From IMG/VR virus record IMGVR_UViG_3300047373_000579, positions 1-64,000 of that record: 64,000 bases of DNA. One strand, written 5' to 3'. This DNA comes from a virus. A program made the position numbers and the translations under genes. The notes beneath the pieces were generated by a model, which saw nothing but the letters and a program-made list of their open reading frames with translations, did not search any database and was not told the origin of the DNA. This document shows positions 1 through 8,093 of the stretch, one piece after another (position 1 is the first letter of the stretch; every line of letters starts with the position of its first letter).

Positions 1-222
1 TGGGGGCCCCATAGGGTATATGGGGGGCTCCCCCCGCGGAGCCCGTATCCCCCCTCCCCAGTATGGCGGGAGGTTTCCGGATAGGGGGGTCGGTTCTGTT
101 TACTAACCGAAAATGTGAAAATCCCATAAAAAATATTGGCAATTTTTTTTTCGGAAAAGCGATTAAAAATACCGGAATAAAAATTTTATGAAAAAAGGAC
201 TTACTAATGATACTGATAAATT

Positions 223-435
223 ATGGAAATAGAAAAGAAAACTAAGAGGTATAACTTTAAAGAAGAAAAACTAGAGTTGTGTCTCACTTACATAGAGAGG
301 TTTCCTGAAGAACAGGTGGTGGCCAACCACACTCTTTCCATCCATGAGTACAATGAAGCTTTTATAAGAGTCTTAGCAAGGAGACTTAACATACCACCCA
401 ACCGTTTAATGCCAGAAAGACCTTCAAGGAGATAA
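223..435 (+). CDS. hypothetical protein
   Basis: 70-aa ORF with A-rich upstream region; no recognisable motif. Confidence 0.6.
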   Translation: MEIEKKTKRYNFKEEKLELCLTYIERFPEEQVVANHTLSIHEYNEAFIRVLARRLNIPPNRLMPERPSRR

Positions 436-482
436 TACCATTAAAGGCTTGTAACCCAACTTATTTTTTCTTATTATTACTA

Positions 483-745
483 TAAACCAAAACAAAGATG
501 AGTAAGATAGTATTAGAATTTGACGGTATAGAAGAGGCAGATGATGCCAGAACAGCATTAGATGGTTATAAGTGGAAGATAGCTATGTGGGGTATGGACC
601 AATGGTTACGTTCTCAAATCAAGTATGCACCTGAAGGGCAGAGCGAGGATACCTACCAAGCTTTTGAGAGGTGTAGAGAAAAACTACGTGAAATACTAGC
701 AGATAATAATTTACAATTAGATTAAACCAAAACCCAGATGAGTAA
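483..745 (+). repeat. 23-nt gene-start repeat, two copies (483-505, 723-745)
   Basis: TAAACCAAAACAAAGATGAGTAA vs TAAACCAAAACCCAGATGAGTAA (21/23); each contains the ATG of the following gene. Confidence 0.75.
498..725 (+). CDS. hypothetical phage protein
   Basis: 75-aa ORF starting inside the 23-nt repeat. Confidence 0.75.
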   Translation: MSKIVLEFDGIEEADDARTALDGYKWKIAMWGMDQWLRSQIKYAPEGQSEDTYQAFERCREKLREILADNNLQLD

Positions 746-878
746 AGAAAAAATAGCAAGAAAGATAGTAGAATACTTTAACAAAGATAAAGTAACTGGT
801 GGTAAATGGGATTCTATAATGTATGAACAGAAAAGAATTGTTATGGAACTACTTAAACAATTAGATAAAGATGAATAA
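738..878 (+). CDS. small hypothetical protein (46 aa, not in ORF track)
   Basis: ATG 738 in second repeat copy, MSKEKIARKIVEYF...LDKDE, TAA 876-878 overlapping the next start. Confidence 0.65.
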   Translation: MSKEKIARKIVEYFNKDKVTGGKWDSIMYEQKRIVMELLKQLDKDE

Positions 879-1119
879 AGAATTAACTGAGAAAGAAAGG
901 GCTATTTTATTCTATAGTAGAAACTTGGATTATAGAATGAATAAATGGACACCAGAGGAACAACACGATAAAGCTGGTATTCCTAGATTAAGAAGTGAAC
1001 TAACTGATAATGATAAAACTTTTTTAGAATTAAAACAAAAAGAAGATGATTGGTGTTATTATTCGGGTATGCCTTCACCTAGTGCTTACAGTAATGATAA
1101 ACCTGAAAATGTGGATTAG
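871..1119 (+). CDS. hypothetical protein
   Basis: 82-aa ORF, C-terminal WCYYSGMPSPSAY motif. Confidence 0.65.
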   Translation: MNKELTEKERAILFYSRNLDYRMNKWTPEEQHDKAGIPRLRSELTDNDKTFLELKQKEDDWCYYSGMPSPSAYSNDKPENVD

Positions 1120-1160
1120 AAAAAAAATGGCGGCTAAACAAAAATCCCCCCTACCCCCCT

Positions 1161-2063
1161 TTATTTAAACATCTCTACAAATTCTTTGCCACTGACCCTA
1201 GGGAAATTACCCATTACCATATTATTATAATCATCATAATTATAGGTACTTATATATAAATTTCCTTTTTTTATTATATAAGCTTTTGATTTGCAGTGTT
1301 CTCTTTTTAGGTTCTTTCCTTTTCCAGACCAATAAACCCCCATATCTAATATCTTTTGTTGTATCTCACAAGCTTTCTTATCAGATACCCCATCTAAATC
1401 TATATAAAATTCACTTGTTTGTAAATTAAAATCAGGTCCACCCTGAATCCATTCTAGTTCATTAGATTCCATTAATTTATTAGAACAAGGTTTATATCTA
1501 TGACTAAGTAAATCTTCTTCAAAATACTCTTCATGCATATTCCTAATGTCTGTATTATTTTTTTTATTCTTTATTACTACAATAGGTGTTCCACCAAGAG
1601 TCATTTTAAAATCGATTATTATCCATTCTGTTTGTGTTGAATCCATTACATCTATAAAACAAGTTCCTACTTTTAATTCAGGGATGGGTTTAATATCTTT
1701 AATCCATTGAAGGTCATTAGATTCCATTAATTCATTATGGTGGTCTTCTATTTTCATCTTGCCGTCTGAAGTGTAAAACCTTGTGTCGCCTTTGCCGTCA
1801 TATTCTAAATGTTCCCAGTATTTTTTTTGTAAGGGTATAAAATGAGAATTGTTTATTTTTTTTCTAAGTTTTGTTATTTTGATTTTAAAATCATTAACTT
1901 CTATTTTTGTTTTAGCATCACAATCCGCTAGTTCCCCTGAAAGTGTTAAAACATCTCCTTTTTTAAGTGTTCCTTGTTCGAAAGCATCATTTAAAGTGGG
2001 TTTAATGTTTTTAATCCATTCTAGACCATATAGTTCTTCCTTTATGATTCTTTTTAGATTCAT
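1161..2063 (-). CDS. modular tagged polyprotein-like protein (3 modules)
   Basis: Start MNLKRIIKEE just after GATATTTAT; junctions KEELYGLEWIK, LMESNDLQWIK, LMESNELEWIQ. Confidence 0.8.
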   Translation of the reverse strand: MNLKRIIKEELYGLEWIKNIKPTLNDAFEQGTLKKGDVLTLSGELADCDAKTKIEVNDFKIKITKLRKKINNSHFIPLQKKYWEHLEYDGKGDTRFYTSDGKMKIEDHHNELMESNDLQWIKDIKPIPELKVGTCFIDVMDSTQTEWIIIDFKMTLGGTPIVVIKNKKNNTDIRNMHEEYFEEDLLSHRYKPCSNKLMESNELEWIQGGPDFNLQTSEFYIDLDGVSDKKACEIQQKILDMGVYWSGKGKNLKREHCKSKAYIIKKGNLYISTYNYDDYNNMVMGNFPRVSGKEFVEMFK

Positions 2064-2067
2064 ACTA

Positions 2068-2076
2068 ATAAATATC
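2068..2076 (-). promoter_or_regulatory. putative late promoter GATATTTAT
   Basis: 4 nt upstream of ATG 2063; same motif before about 22 genes. Confidence 0.65.
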
Positions 2077-2133
2077 ATAATTACTAATTAAAAATATATT
2101 ATATTATAGTTGTTGTTATATATTTATAAGGAG

Positions 2134-2853
2134 ATGAAAGATTTAATCAAAAAAATATTAAGAGAGAATGACTTTGATTGGGTAAAAGAATTAAACCCAA
2201 TACAATGCAAAGACTTAAAAGGTTATTATTTTTATCATGGTGGTGACACTAGAAAATTTATGATAGATGATGTTGGGGTAAAACTTTCAAAAGGTTATGT
2301 TACAGATGATTTAAAAGTCCATTATACATGGTGGGATAGTCATAGTGATGACTTTGATTGGAATCAAATGAATTGTGATACTTTTATTCATAGAGTTAAA
2401 CTTGGTGATTATAGATTGTTTAATAAAAACCGAGAAGAAGTTAACCCAAAAGACTTAGCTTATACAGATAATACTTTCGATGATGATGAAAGAAAAGAAA
2501 TTTGGGAACAAGATGAATCAGACGACTTTCAATGGATTAGAGATATAGAAAATTCTGATTACGAACCACGCCATGGAGATTATATAGAAGTTATTAATCT
2601 TGGTAGTGAAAAGAGTTTTTTAACTTGGTTGAATGACTTTGAGTATGACTATATAGATGGTTATTATGGTCCTACAATTAAAGGTGAAGTTTCTATTGGG
2701 GAAGTAAATTATTTTGAATTAACAGAAGAGAATACAAACACGGTAATTACTTTCCCCGCAATTAGTATAATGCACGATTTAACAAATAGTGAAGAGTATC
2801 CAGGACTTAAATTAATGTACAGACCTTTAACTAGAGATGGAGGAATTCAGTAG
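2134..2853 (+). CDS. modular tagged polyprotein-like protein (2 modules)
   Basis: Start MKDLIKKILRENDFDWVK after ATATTTATA (2120-2128); internal QDESDDFQWIR. Confidence 0.8.
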   Translation: MKDLIKKILRENDFDWVKELNPIQCKDLKGYYFYHGGDTRKFMIDDVGVKLSKGYVTDDLKVHYTWWDSHSDDFDWNQMNCDTFIHRVKLGDYRLFNKNREEVNPKDLAYTDNTFDDDERKEIWEQDESDDFQWIRDIENSDYEPRHGDYIEVINLGSEKSFLTWLNDFEYDYIDGYYGPTIKGEVSIGEVNYFELTEENTNTVITFPAISIMHDLTNSEEYPGLKLMYRPLTRDGGIQ

Positions 2854-2964
2854 GTTTTTAGTTTTTTTAGCTATTATAATAGTTATTTTAACTTTTAGAA
2901 AAAACGATTAAAGATTACGCCCAATAAACTTTATTTATTCAGTAATTTTTATTATAATTAAATA

Positions 2965-3057
2965 ATGGAAGGAATAGAAATAGTTTTTTGTGTTATTAGT
3001 ATTATTGTTGCAACTATATTTGTTGCAGCAAGAAAATGGCATCGTAAAAATAAGTAA
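2965..3057 (+). CDS. small membrane peptide (30 aa, not in ORF track)
   Basis: MEGIEIVFCVISIIVATIFVAARKWHRKNK: one hydrophobic helix plus basic tail. Confidence 0.45.
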   Translation: MEGIEIVFCVISIIVATIFVAARKWHRKNK

Positions 3058-3060
3058 AAA

Positions 3061-3285
3061 CTAAAAATCAAATTTTTTATTAAACCATGGAATGGGTTTA
3101 ATACTTTCTGTAAAGTGTTTTATCTTTATATTACCGTTGATAACGCCGTTCGTTAATTTACGTTTTTTAATATAAAAATGTGAACCATCAGACAAATCTA
3201 AAAAAATATCATCATCAACTATAGCGTTTATTATACCGTAATAACCATTGTTATATTCTAAAACATCACCAACTTTAAATAACAT
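3061..3285 (-). CDS. hypothetical protein, possible SH3-like barrel
   Basis: Likely start MLFKVGDVLEY at 3285 rather than 3342. Confidence 0.6.
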   Translation of the reverse strand: MLFKVGDVLEYNNGYYGIINAIVDDDIFLDLSDGSHFYIKKRKLTNGVINGNIKIKHFTESIKPIPWFNKKFDF

Positions 3286-3286
3286 A

Positions 3287-3391
3287 TTATTTAGCTTTTT
3301 TTGCTTCTTCGTAAGTTGCAAAAGTACCAACGTAAACCCCACAGTATCTTACCCAAAATGTTCCATCATCATTTTTAATTATTGTTCTCAT
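3287..3391 (-). CDS. small protein (34 aa, not in ORF track) with AP2-like motif
   Basis: MRTIIKNDDGTFWVRYCGVYVGTFATYEEAKKAK; ATGA overlap with upstream stop; YVGTFxTxEEA resembles the AP2 domain. Confidence 0.55.
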   Translation of the reverse strand: MRTIIKNDDGTFWVRYCGVYVGTFATYEEAKKAK

Positions 3392-3702
3392 CTTTTTTTG
3401 TTCCACAATTTTTTTAATATTTCATGACCACCTGGTTCATTTTCTATTTCTGCTAACATAGAAGAAAATATTTGGTTTTCATCGAACAAATAAACATAAT
3501 CTTCCTCCATTGTTTTTATAGTTAAAGAATCTTCAGATATTTGTTTATTTAAATGTTCTATTTCTTTTTTTAAGTTACCAACCTCCATTTTTAGTTGGCC
3601 GATGTTACTAGTTTTTACTATCATACTAAATGACATAATACCTACAAATACTACTAATATAAAACACAGTGTTGTGTAAATTTTTAATACTTCTTTTTTC
3701 AT
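3388..3702 (-). CDS. membrane-anchored coiled-coil protein
   Basis: N-terminal hydrophobic segment followed by heptad-like region. Confidence 0.7.
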   Translation of the reverse strand: MKKEVLKIYTTLCFILVVFVGIMSFSMIVKTSNIGQLKMEVGNLKKEIEHLNKQISEDSLTIKTMEEDYVYLFDENQIFSSMLAEIENEPGGHEILKKLWNKKR

Positions 3703-3727
3703 TTTATTTTATTTTAAATCTATGGTA

Positions 3728-3759
3728 CAAATATAGTGATTTTTACCCAATCTTCCAAA
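3728..3759 (-). promoter_or_regulatory. Bacteroidota-type housekeeping-sigma promoter
   Basis: TTTG-N20-TATATTTG, matching the -33 TTTG / -7 TAnnTTTG consensus. Confidence 0.7.
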
Positions 3760-4144
3760 CAAAGTAAACACATTTATCAGAACAATCCCAAGTATCCAAT
3801 AATGTATCACCACTTAATGCAGCAACGTGTCTAGCTACTCTAATTATATAATTATTATTTTGATTTAGTTTTGATAGTGTTTTAGCCGTCATTCTTTTTT
3901 TACCTTTTACGGCTGGAAAAGAAATCCTTTCCCATTTAACCCCTAAGTCATCCAAAGTATTGGTAATTTGTTTTTCCCATTTTTTATCAGACTTTTTACG
4001 GGTGGCTCTCCATCCATGACCATACATAAGTTTATGGACTTTTGAATAATCTTCTTTTGTGATATTAGTTACGGCTCTAATCATGCAGTCTTTATCACAT
4101 TTAATATCTCCTATTTTTTTTGGTTGTGTGTACTTGAAAATCAA
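3743..4144 (-). CDS. hypothetical protein, possible papain-like Cys-His-Asp enzyme
   Basis: DCMIRA...RHVAAL...DTWD pattern; function inferred only. Confidence 0.55.
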   Translation of the reverse strand: MIFKYTQPKKIGDIKCDKDCMIRAVTNITKEDYSKVHKLMYGHGWRATRKKSDKKWEKQITNTLDDLGVKWERISFPAVKGKKRMTAKTLSKLNQNNNYIIRVARHVAALSGDTLLDTWDCSDKCVYFVWKIG

Positions 4145-4356
4145 TTTAAATTAAATTTTTTTATTGTGAATACCATATTTTTATTTAAAAAAACATTATT
4201 ACCATCTCTATTTAAAACCCAACCGAACTCCATCATAGCTGATTTTAATTGTCTATCTAACTCCTTAGAAGCGTCTTTTTTATCTTTAAAAAATGAAACA
4301 TAAAATGGGCAATCACCTGTATTATCTAATATACCATAAATTTGTGTTTTTTTCAT
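4141..4356 (-). CDS. hypothetical protein
   Basis: 71-aa ORF, 4-nt overlap with downstream gene. Confidence 0.65.
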   Translation of the reverse strand: MKKTQIYGILDNTGDCPFYVSFFKDKKDASKELDRQLKSAMMEFGWVLNRDGNNVFLNKNMVFTIKKFNLN

Positions 4357-4399
4357 TTTTTTTTAATTTATATTTAATATTTATTTAAAAACCCATAAC

Positions 4400-4588
4400 A
4401 TGTCACACAAAGTATTCATCCGACACACCTACATTTACAAATGTTCCAACTCCGAATGTAAAGGAGAATGGAAAATTAATGAAGCCTTAGATTTAGATAG
4501 ACTCAATTGCCCTCACTGTGGTAAAAACGATGTTGTTGAGTACGTTCTAAAAGACCAAAGAGAGAAGTGGATTTCTAAAAGAGTCTAA
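4400..4588 (+). CDS. zinc-ribbon protein
   Basis: CSNSEC...CPHC. Confidence 0.7.
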   Translation: MSHKVFIRHTYIYKCSNSECKGEWKINEALDLDRLNCPHCGKNDVVEYVLKDQREKWISKRV

Positions 4589-4941
4589 CTAAATTCGAAA
4601 GGTCTAACTGGAAAATCAGGGGACAACTCAACAAATTGTGACTTTAAATTCTCAGTTTCTCTTTCAACAGCTTCTTTAGGCCATCTTTCCATATCATCAC
4701 AATAGTGAGCAGTATCAAAACCAAATACCCAACCATCTTTCATTTCCTCTGTTAAATCAAGGAAATCGTTAGCAGGTCCAGAGAATGTTAGACCACCATG
4801 AACATCAACTGGTACCTCATCATACCCTTTACCGTACATTGGGTGTCCTTTAGGGATTACAACGTAACCATTACCCCATCCATGTTTCATACCAGGTAAC
4901 CAAGTATTTTCTTTTATAAATGATAATATTTTATTTTTCAT
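4585..4941 (-). CDS. hypothetical phage protein
   Basis: GNGYV..PKGHP, VHGGLTFS, WVFGFDTAH motifs. Confidence 0.75.
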   Translation of the reverse strand: MKNKILSFIKENTWLPGMKHGWGNGYVVIPKGHPMYGKGYDEVPVDVHGGLTFSGPANDFLDLTEEMKDGWVFGFDTAHYCDDMERWPKEAVERETENLKSQFVELSPDFPVRPFEFS

Positions 4942-4945
4942 ACTT

Positions 4946-4975
4946 CAAATATAATACAATTTTTTATTTCTGCAA
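4946..4975 (-). promoter_or_regulatory. Bacteroidota-type housekeeping-sigma promoter
   Basis: TTG-N19-TATATTTG, 4 nt upstream of ATG 4941. Confidence 0.65.
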
Positions 4976-4976
4976 T

Positions 4977-4985
4977 GATATTTAT
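4977..4985 (+). promoter_or_regulatory. putative late promoter GATATTTAT
   Basis: 6 nt upstream of ATG 4992. Confidence 0.65.
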
Positions 4986-4991
4986 GAAAAG

Positions 4992-7763
4992 ATGCGTAAA
5001 CTAAACAAAAATATATTGTGGGAATCTAGTGAGTTGGATTGGATGAAAGGTCCACCTACATTTCGTTTTGGTGAAATTAGTCGTGATTTAAGAAATTTTT
5101 TTTCTAAGGGTGATAAAATTTATTTAACAGGTACTATATATCTAAGTAAAGATGATGATGATAAAACATTACTTTTAAATCATGAACCCGCTATTGTTAC
5201 AAATATTAGAGAAGATGTGGGAGTTTTAGACTTAATTTTAGGGGAAAATATAACTAGTTTACCTATTTGGATTAATGCTATGGGTGGTGCGGAATTAGAT
5301 TTAGGCATTTTTAACGAAGATGATGATATAATGATTACAGTTACATATAAAAACATAAACGAATCCGATGACCTAGATTGGATAAGAGATGTCCAACCTA
5401 ACCAAAAAGTTAAACCATGGAATGGTAATATTGGTTACCCCATTGAAGATAAAACATCACCAACATACGGTAAAGTTTATCTTTACACAGATGATGAAGG
5501 TGTGACTAGAGAGATTAAAGTTGGTGGTCTTACATCTAAACATAGAACTAAAAACTATAAGGGTGAGTGGTTTGGTTCTGATGGTGAGGTTAGTTTTTAT
5601 GACGCTTCTATAATGAGTAGTGATATAGAATCTAGAAACTATGACCCTAACTATCCAGACCCATTTGAAGGTAAGTATCGAATCACAATGAGTAGGCGAG
5701 AATATAATGATAATGCACGTAAGGGTAAATTAATATTAACCCCAAATAGTAACCCTATTATTGAGTCTGAAGAAGATTTTGAGTGGACTTCAGGGTTAAA
5801 TTGGTCTAAAGAAATGTTGGACATACTGTTAACCGATTGTAAAACATTAAAGGTTGCTAATTTTAATATTAGTAACAACGAACCATACCATTCAGCTGGA
5901 GGTCCATCGATTATGTTCTTAAGTAGATGTAAAGAATGGTGGGATTACTTCGGTAGTTTACCGTTAAGTGATTCAGGTAGAGGACCAGCAGAATGGTTCA
6001 CTGAAGATAATTATGAGGATGGTGAGTATGGTGTTATTTGGAACCCAGGATGGGGTAGAATTAATTTAACACCGAAGTTAGAGGATTTAAAAAATGGTTA
6101 TACTTCAGCTATAACAACTCAATGGGGTTATGGTATAGAAAGACAACTAAACGGTACTAGTAAGAGTGAGGCTTGGTTTATTGTAGATGAAAACAATAGG
6201 CCTGTATATGATTTAATCCCTGAATCTGTCAAGGGTTATGCTAAAATATATGAAGAAGAGTTTTTTGGTGACAAATTAAATGAATCTGATGATTTTGATT
6301 GGGCTAAAGAAATACCTGGAACTAAAGAATATGGCCAAAGATATAGGTATTTTGAAATTGTAGCTTGTTATGGTATTGATTACGAAACTGAAGAGTGTGA
6401 TGATGAATATTCTCACCATATTAGAATACCATCAGATGTAGTTGACGAGATATGGGATATACCTGATTTTGATTTTGATTATCTAGCTGGTCCTGCTGAC
6501 GAGGGTGAAGGTGTTATTATGTACGCAATAAAAAATCAATTAATACCACCCGTAGAACTAAATGAAATAGCTATGTTCCAAGGTGTTAGGGAAGAAGATG
6601 ATTCTCACTTTGATGGTATTGATGAAAACATAAATGAATCCGAAGATTTGGAATGGATTAAAAATATTAACCCACAAGGTTTTGAAAAAAGTAAAAGTTA
6701 TGTTGTTGATGTTAGTGACTTAAGACCAGACACACCAATATCTGTTTCCCCTACTTCTGAGAGATACAATAAATTAACAAAAGTAGATGTTCTAGACAAA
6801 TTTAAAAATTTAGGTTATAGTGTTGGTGGTATTCCTATTACTGACGCCGATTATCTATATATTGAACCTGAGTACCACATTGTAGACTATGATATGGAAC
6901 ATAACACACCAGACCCAACTTATAATGGTAGATATGAAGTGATGGATGTTAATGACCTTATGTTCTTACTTGATAACAATATGGTTAATGAATCCAAAGA
7001 ACATAAAAAAACAATAACTGAAGCAGCAGGAATTTCATTTGAAGCAAGAAAATGGGGTGAAACTATCTATAATGAGATAGTGAATAACCCAAATGAGAAA
7101 AAAAGATTGATTATTGATGGTTATGACCATCCTGAAGCGTTTGATGGGTTCCCAATAGACTATGTTGTTGTTGATTTCTACGATAGATTAACAGGATATG
7201 GACAAGAACACTCAGGATATGATAAAGATGGTAACTATGTGGTTCTTTTATACGTACAACCAAGGTTAGTACAAGGTCAAGGAGGGTATGATTTAAGGTC
7301 TGTACTTAACCATGAGATGAAACACGCGTGGGAAGACTACAATAGACTCTCAAAAGGGTTGCCAAGTATAGAACAAACCAAAGAATCACAAGAATTATAC
7401 AACAGAGACTTTATTTTAATGTTATCAGACCAAAATATAAGGGGTCCAATCAAAGAAATCTTAAAATATTACTATTATTTGTCTGATTTAGAGAAAAGTG
7501 CGTACCTAGAGAACGTTTATGACCAAAATAAAGTATACGAAAGGGTATTAAGAGACATAGCTGGTAAAGATTTTAATGAATTTAAGGATAGGTTTGACCT
7601 AGATATCAATTGGCACCTAATGAATACCGCGTATGACATACCATTTTTAAAGAAATTTAAGTCTCCAATCGACTTTATTGACTATTCTGCGGAAGAATTA
7701 AGGTCAAAAGCGTTAAAAATGATTAAAAAAGTGAATAAAATGAGATATATTCACAAAAAGTAG
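4992..7763 (+). CDS. modular tagged polyprotein-like protein (5 tagged modules plus C-terminal HExxH zincin-like domain)
   Basis: Junction Glu codons at 5022, 5361, 5763, 6282, 6636; untagged VNES at 6990; HEMKH at 7311-7325. Confidence 0.85.
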   Translation: MRKLNKNILWESSELDWMKGPPTFRFGEISRDLRNFFSKGDKIYLTGTIYLSKDDDDKTLLLNHEPAIVTNIREDVGVLDLILGENITSLPIWINAMGGAELDLGIFNEDDDIMITVTYKNINESDDLDWIRDVQPNQKVKPWNGNIGYPIEDKTSPTYGKVYLYTDDEGVTREIKVGGLTSKHRTKNYKGEWFGSDGEVSFYDASIMSSDIESRNYDPNYPDPFEGKYRITMSRREYNDNARKGKLILTPNSNPIIESEEDFEWTSGLNWSKEMLDILLTDCKTLKVANFNISNNEPYHSAGGPSIMFLSRCKEWWDYFGSLPLSDSGRGPAEWFTEDNYEDGEYGVIWNPGWGRINLTPKLEDLKNGYTSAITTQWGYGIERQLNGTSKSEAWFIVDENNRPVYDLIPESVKGYAKIYEEEFFGDKLNESDDFDWAKEIPGTKEYGQRYRYFEIVACYGIDYETEECDDEYSHHIRIPSDVVDEIWDIPDFDFDYLAGPADEGEGVIMYAIKNQLIPPVELNEIAMFQGVREEDDSHFDGIDENINESEDLEWIKNINPQGFEKSKSYVVDVSDLRPDTPISVSPTSERYNKLTKVDVLDKFKNLGYSVGGIPITDADYLYIEPEYHIVDYDMEHNTPDPTYNGRYEVMDVNDLMFLLDNNMVNESKEHKKTITEAAGISFEARKWGETIYNEIVNNPNEKKRLIIDGYDHPEAFDGFPIDYVVVDFYDRLTGYGQEHSGYDKDGNYVVLLYVQPRLVQGQGGYDLRSVLNHEMKHAWEDYNRLSKGLPSIEQTKESQELYNRDFILMLSDQNIRGPIKEILKYYYYLSDLEKSAYLENVYDQNKVYERVLRDIAGKDFNEFKDRFDLDINWHLMNTAYDIPFLKKFKSPIDFIDYSAEELRSKALKMIKKVNKMRYIHKK

Positions 7764-7767
7764 ATTA

Positions 7768-8091
7768 TTAGTAACTTTCTAACTTTTTTAGTATTTTAAC
7801 CTTTAAATCGTCATTTATACTCATTTCTACCTCTAAAACCTCTTCTAACAGTGATTTTATGTCTTTTTTTGACCTTTTTTTCGATTTTAGACGCGTTTTT
7901 AGCTCTACTATGTAAAGAAAATACGCAACCTCATCCACTTTTTTAAGTTTTTCGTAGTATTTTTCCATTCTTTGGTCCAACTTTCGTTGTCTATTAATAT
8001 TAGATACTGTTGGGAATGCTTTATGTAGTTCATCTAACCTACCTTTTAGGTATTGTATCTCTCCGAACTTATGTATTTCTTCGTTTGTCAT
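7768..8091 (-). CDS. hypothetical protein
   Basis: 107-aa helical ORF directly downstream of thyA. Confidence 0.7.
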   Translation of the reverse strand: MTNEEIHKFGEIQYLKGRLDELHKAFPTVSNINRQRKLDQRMEKYYEKLKKVDEVAYFLYIVELKTRLKSKKRSKKDIKSLLEEVLEVEMSINDDLKVKILKKLESY

Positions 8092-8093
8092 AA

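Noticed and set aside
1145-1159. C-run CCCCCCTACCCCC as a G-quadruplex on the minus strand
   Set aside because: Only two G tracts; sits between convergent genes with no other support
4920-4991. Upstream extensions of ORFs starting at 4920, 2110, 2078 and 3342
   Set aside because: Extensions run through promoter motifs or other genes; downstream ATGs give the conserved leader or a better junction
1161-7763. Repeated junction sequences as a CRISPR array or DGR template/variable repeats
   Set aside because: Repeats are in-frame, degenerate at synonymous sites and hundreds of nt apart; no cas or reverse transcriptase gene seen
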